Below are positions 59,701 to 64,000 of a DNA stretch of 64,000 bases, in pieces. Source of the DNA: Macrostomum hystrix (Eukaryota; Animalia; Platyhelminthes); the NCBI GenBank assembly GCA_950097015.1, contig CATNEN010000001.1, positions 20,088,001 to 20,152,000 of the forward strand, in the 5' to 3' direction. Under the pieces are notes generated by a model. The model did no database searches and was not told the DNA's origin. It saw only the letters and a list, made by a program, of their open reading frames with translations. Every line of letters starts with the position of its first letter. The first letter of the stretch is position 1. The translations under genes and the position numbers were made by a program.

Positions 59701-62087
59701 TAATGTGGTCCGAAGTTCGAATTACCGGCGTAAACAATGCAACAAGAGTTTAAAAAAGTAGCGCTGCTGTCTCTATGAGCAATGAGCGGCAAGCCATGAG
59801 CTATTTCTGTCCTCGCCGGAGCAGTCAGTGCTAAAATTCGGGAAGCTCAATTGCAAACCGAATAATTCTGTATCCATGCTTTCTTTGATGCCGGACTTAA
59901 AGAAAGATTTGGAAATTCAATTTGCCCCACCACCCCCCAGCGCGATTCGGCAACAAGTCCACCGGATTAAGGAGGCTGGTTTAGATTGGGAGTGGTTGTG
60001 ACTGTCTGTAATCCTGTAATCCTAGAATGTCAATCGTCCTATAGCTGAGAGTCAAAAGCCTGCCTTCTAGTGCGCATTCATGCTAGCTCGTCCTGAGAAA
60101 TTTGCGTCACAGTCTAATTTAGAGTGCAAAGGCTGGTGTGTGCGCGTGTGTGTTTCGGATTACCGCAAATTCATCTTCATTCAGTTATGCGAAGGATTAT
60201 ATAAAAAATATTCTCAGCTCAGCAGGATGCGAAAAGCCCACAGATTTGATCCTAAATGTGTTTTTTTAGAAATCCATGCGGGATGAAGGATTAATAAAGG
60301 ACCAACTATAAAAGGAGAAGGACAGGGTCCCGATAGGGTCAGGAATAAAGCTTTGTCAAATTAATTGTAGCATCATGTTTTATTACACCTGTCCCGATAG
60401 GGTCAGGAATAAAGCTTTGTTAAATTGATTGCAGCATCATGTTTTATTACACCTGTCCCGATAGGGTCAGGAATAAAGCTTTGTTAAATTGATTGTAGCA
60501 TCATTTTTTATTACACCTGTCCCGATAGGGTCAGGAATAAAGCTTTATCAAATTAATTGTAGCATCATTTTTTATTACACCTGTCCCGATAGGGTCAGGA
60601 ATAAAGCTTTATCAAATTAATTGTAGCATCATGTTTTATTACACCTGTCCCGATAGGGTCAGGAATAAAGCTTTGTCAAATTGATTGCAGCATCATTTTT
60701 ATGACACCTGTCCCGATAGGGTCAGGAATAAAGCTTTGTTAAATTGATTGCAGCATCATTTTTTATTACACCTGTCCCGAAAGGGTCAGGAATAAAGCTT
60801 TCTTAAATGGATTGCAGCATCATGTTTTATTACACCTGTCCCGATAGGGTCAGGAATAAAGCTTTGTCAAATTGATTGCAGCATCATTTTTTATTACCTG
60901 TCCCGATAGGGTCAGGAAAAAAATCTTTGTTAAATTGATTGCAGCATCATGTTTTATTACACCTGTCCCGATAGTGTCAGGAATAAAGCTTTGTTAAATT
61001 AATTGCAGCATCATGTTTTATTACACCTGTCCCGATAGGGTCAGGAATAAAGCTTTGTCAAATTGATTGTAGCATCATGTTTTATTACACCTGTCCCGAT
61101 AGGGTCAGGAATAAAGCTTTGTCAAATTGATTGCAGCATCATTTTTATGACACCTGTCCCGATAGGGTCAGGAATAAAGCTTTGTTAAATTGATTGCAGC
61201 ATCATTTTTTATTACACCTGTCCCGAAAGGGTCAGGAATAAAGCTTTCTTAAATGGATTGCAGCATCATGTTTTATTACACCTGTCCCGATAGGGTCAGG
61301 AATAAAGCTTTGTCAAATTGATTGCAGCATCATTTTTATTACCTGTCCCGATAGGGTCAGGAAAAAAATCTTTGTTAAATTGATTGCAGCATCATGTTTT
61401 ATTACACCTGTCCCGATAGTGTCAGGAATAAAGCTTTGTTAAATTAATTGCAGCATCATGTTTTATTACACCTGTCCCGATAGGGTCAGGAATAAAGCTT
61501 TGTCAAATTGATTGTAGCATCATGTTTTATTACACCTGTCCCGATAGGGTCAGGAATAAAGCTTTGTCAAATTAATTGTAGCATTATGTTTTATTACACC
61601 TGTCCCGATAGGGTCAGATGTGCAGCCGACAGCACAGCCGGAGCTATTGTGCGGTGCATCTGAAGGCTGCGTTCAGTCCATGGACCTTGGTGAACTGAAG
61701 AAATGCTGAGTTAAGTGTCTTGCTAAAGGACACAAATTGTTCTAGTGGAGTCCCGAATCGAACCTCCGACCTTCATGTCGTGAGTCCGACGTGCTGCTCC
61801 ACAGGCTACAACCGCTTGTAGCAACATGTCAAGTAAATGGCATCAAAAAAGAGTTTCCAATAAAAATCAATCACAATTCAAATGAAAAACGTGAAAACTT
61901 TTCATCTCCGCGTGGTATTTTTTGGTGAAAATCAGCCTCTTCAAACATTTCTTAGAAACTTCGATTCTACATTAAATGAGCACACTCACCAGTCCTCTGT
62001 GAGAACGTAGACAGCCGAGATGGGCATCACGAAGGTGCCAACAATGAGATCAGCTGAGGCCAGGGACACGATAAACATGTTGCACAC
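53777..62087 (-). CDS. Class A aminergic GPCR, histamine-H1-receptor-like, 5' partial; exons 61990-62087, 59007-59244, 55805-56083, 53777-54526
   Basis: TM2 NMFIVSLASADLIVG..VMP; TM3 GRPLCQIWLAVDYTASTASI..L..LSLDRY (Asp3.32 present); TM5 FNFFVPL..M..LY..IF; TM6 KEIKAARQLGVIMGAF; TM7 WVGYANSALNPILYPLCN. Exon phases are consistent; the TM1 exon was not identified. Confidence 0.9.
55355..55785. repeat. Intronic minisatellite, 21-bp unit (ctgaagacactgaggttcagg)
   Basis: Tandem copies next to the donor at 55804. Confidence 0.93.
56260..56720. repeat. Intronic minisatellite, 16-bp unit (aaatatcccattctcg)
   Basis: Tandem, diverged copies. Confidence 0.88.
57700..57785 (-). mobile_element. Isolated tRNA-like SINE head related to family A
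   Basis: Minus strand agagtggttaacgc...ctctcgcaccaaggtcttgagttcaaatccgcggcgaggccacatt matches 5670-5740. Confidence 0.65.
58200..58950. repeat. Intronic array built from 10-bp modules (20-, 30- and 40-bp combinations)
   Basis: Modules ttctcagatc, ttctaagatc, ttctcagact, ctaccaagtc, ctacaggatg, ttatcagact in exact 10-bp register. Confidence 0.93.
59290..59690. repeat. Intronic minisatellite, 20-bp unit (gatcctcctagaatctacca)
   Basis: Tandem copies. Confidence 0.92.
60326..61617. repeat. Intronic tandem repeat, 64-bp unit, with a ~7-unit higher-order duplication
   Basis: cctgtcccgatagggtcaggaataaagctttgttaaattgattgcagcatcatgttttattaca, about 20 copies. Confidence 0.94.
61640..61815 (-). mobile_element. 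tRNA-derived SINE, family C
   Basis: Shares gagctattgygcggygcatctgaaggctg and gagttaagtgtcttgctaaaggacacaaat with the 53455 copy; B box ggttcgattcg on the minus strand. Confidence 0.7.
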
Positions 62088-64000
62088 CTGGTCGGATTTG
62101 AAAATTGGAGGCCAGTTGAATTGACAGTGACAAGGGCTGTACTGTACCACCAAATGCTTGTCTAACACTCAGGGTCGTTCCTTTTGACCGGTTTTAGCAA
62201 GCAAATTCAACGGTGTTGAGTTTCATGAGGCATACTTAGATACTTGACCTGATCGCGCCATTAAGCATCCCCTGTGATTTGGAAGGCCACAGGCGCACAG
62301 GTTGTCATCACGACGCTGCTTATAAACACCAAGGCCCGCTGAAAACCTCCACTGCAAAAGTGCAATAATGGCACGCAGATGCTCAGCGTGACCAAGAGTT
62401 GATCTGGTGGGGGAGCTGCTGAGCTGAAGTACCTGCTACAGACCTCACACACACACCTCGCGTGCTAGAACAAAGTAGGCGCAGGTATGCATGACCAATG
62501 AGGCTACTCCCCAAATTCTTCGGCGCAATAGAGGTAGGGAACGGGAGGAGACGGCAGGGAAGCGGGGGCGCTTGTCAATCAATCGAGGATCGGAGAGGAT
62601 GCACAAACAGTTGCAAGAAGGAATGAGGAAAGTAGCCAGAGAGAGCCTGATACAGACACCGGATAAGAGACCAAGGACGAGGGTGCTTTGATGTCGGCCC
62701 AGACGCTCAGCCGCCTGCGCTTCTTGGCCCCACTAAGGAGGCGTCCGCTCCCGCCAACGACCGCCCCCCCCGACTCCGCGATGAATGCCCGCAAGGAATG
62801 GGAAAATTCAGTTAAGCGCCTCTGCAGGTTCTCCCAACTTCCCTCACACACAGTTCGGCCTCTCCAACTCACATGAAATGAATGCAAGCAGTGCAAAGAG
62901 AAACCCTGATCCATCTTAGCCCGTCCCTCAAGGTCTAGTGGAGCACGCATCGATGAATCGCCCTTCCAATCAGCCCCACTCCCCTCAAACACACGGAGAA
63001 CCTGCCCACAAACTCGTGGGGCCTAAACTGTTCATTATTTGTTTTACTACTTGGCTCGAGGCAAAAAAATTCCATCGGGTCTACAAATAGTTGATTTCAG
63101 TCTAACTTATTGAATTATATACAGTCCACATGTGCAGGTAGACGGTATTACACATCTTCTAATTAGCTCGCCGTATGTTGCAGGAGGACAATACAATAGC
63201 AGCGTCCATCAAGCCAATTTTAACACCCAAAATATGATGAGGTCGCAAGCCGTATTGCCTGTGTCCTCTTCTCACAACCTGCTTCTTCACTTTCTAGGCC
63301 AAATATAGAGGTCTACTGGCTAATTTGAATTTTTAGATTCCTCCTTTTGTGATAGACTTTAGTCAGTCAGCCAGCCAGTCAGTCAGAAGCCCCAGCTACC
63401 GAATGGGACAGTCGAGCAGCGGCATAAAGACAGAATAAGAAATCTGGTGCTATTGGACAGGAAAATCAATTAATCGGCCAGAGATGAATAATTAATGAGT
63501 GCCCGTGCGCCTTTGGCTGCTCAACTCGGAGCTGAGCAGGCAATGCTAAAGGCGGTCTTTTTCGGCCTCCAAAGCAATGAAACTTCAAAGTGGGGGCTGT
63601 TTCCGCCCCTAGGGGGGAGGCAGAGTTGGCGCAGACCGACCCCGAAGGGTTCGCTAACAGAGATGTCGAGCATTGAGCAGAGAGCTGCACGCGGACACGG
63701 AGAGACAGACTGAGACATACGTCTGCCTCTGAATTTATAAGAGGCCGCGGACAAGGACTCCTGACGGAGCGGGCATTCGCGAGGACTTCGTTCTCTCGGC
63801 GCCAAATTGTCAGGAAATCCCGTCAAAAATGCCAGGCTGACAAACGCTAACAAAACTAGCGAGGCCAAGCGCCAGAGACCGCACAGCTAACCCAAAGCCC
63901 CGCGCATGTATTTTAGTATCCGGGCAAGCTTGCTAAGATAAATATTAGAGCTAAGGAATAGTTCTCACTGCCAAGCCTTGAGTCCTCGCCCAAGATATCC

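Noticed and set aside
62200-63020. GC-rich stretch with several short ORFs
   Set aside because: No recognisable domain, splice structure or terminal repeats; possibly old repeat debris.
63521-63868. Signal-peptide-like ORF as the missing first GPCR exon
   Set aside because: TTG start, no TM1 GN motif and no suitable donor; TM1 probably lies beyond the window.

Overview
Eukaryotic (metazoan) genomic DNA with GT-AG introns. The GC-rich exons and minisatellite-filled introns suggest a flatworm such as Macrostomum, but this is inference from style, not proven. Genes from left to right: hnRNP R/Q (SYNCRIP)-like (-, runs off the left edge); two tandem gamma-glutamylcyclotransferase-like paralogues (-) with an apparent C-terminal cytochrome-b5/MAPR-like domain; an orphan single-exon ORF (-); five small co-oriented housekeeping genes (+: TPRKB/CGI-121, CINP-like, FAM173-type methyltransferase, KXD1, DPH4/DNAJC24); a 21-exon gene for a ~1,511-aa repeat-rich protein with an EF-hand-like C-terminus (-); and a histamine-H1-like aminergic GPCR (-, TM1 exon not found). 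Mobile DNA: an intact-looking IS630/Tc1-type DD31E transposon, a decayed Penelope-like GIY-YIG fragment with an inverted hammerhead-like motif, two tRNA-derived SINE families and two non-autonomous TIR families. About 27 distinct minisatellite arrays fill most long introns and all four spacers of the + cluster. The best candidate system is that cluster, read as a trans-spliced operon: minisatellite spacers end just before unpaired 3' splice acceptors, and the CINP-like cistron has no genomic start codon for its N-terminus and would be in frame with the AUG that ends flatworm spliced leaders. Most long repetitive ORFs in the supplied track are translations of these arrays.
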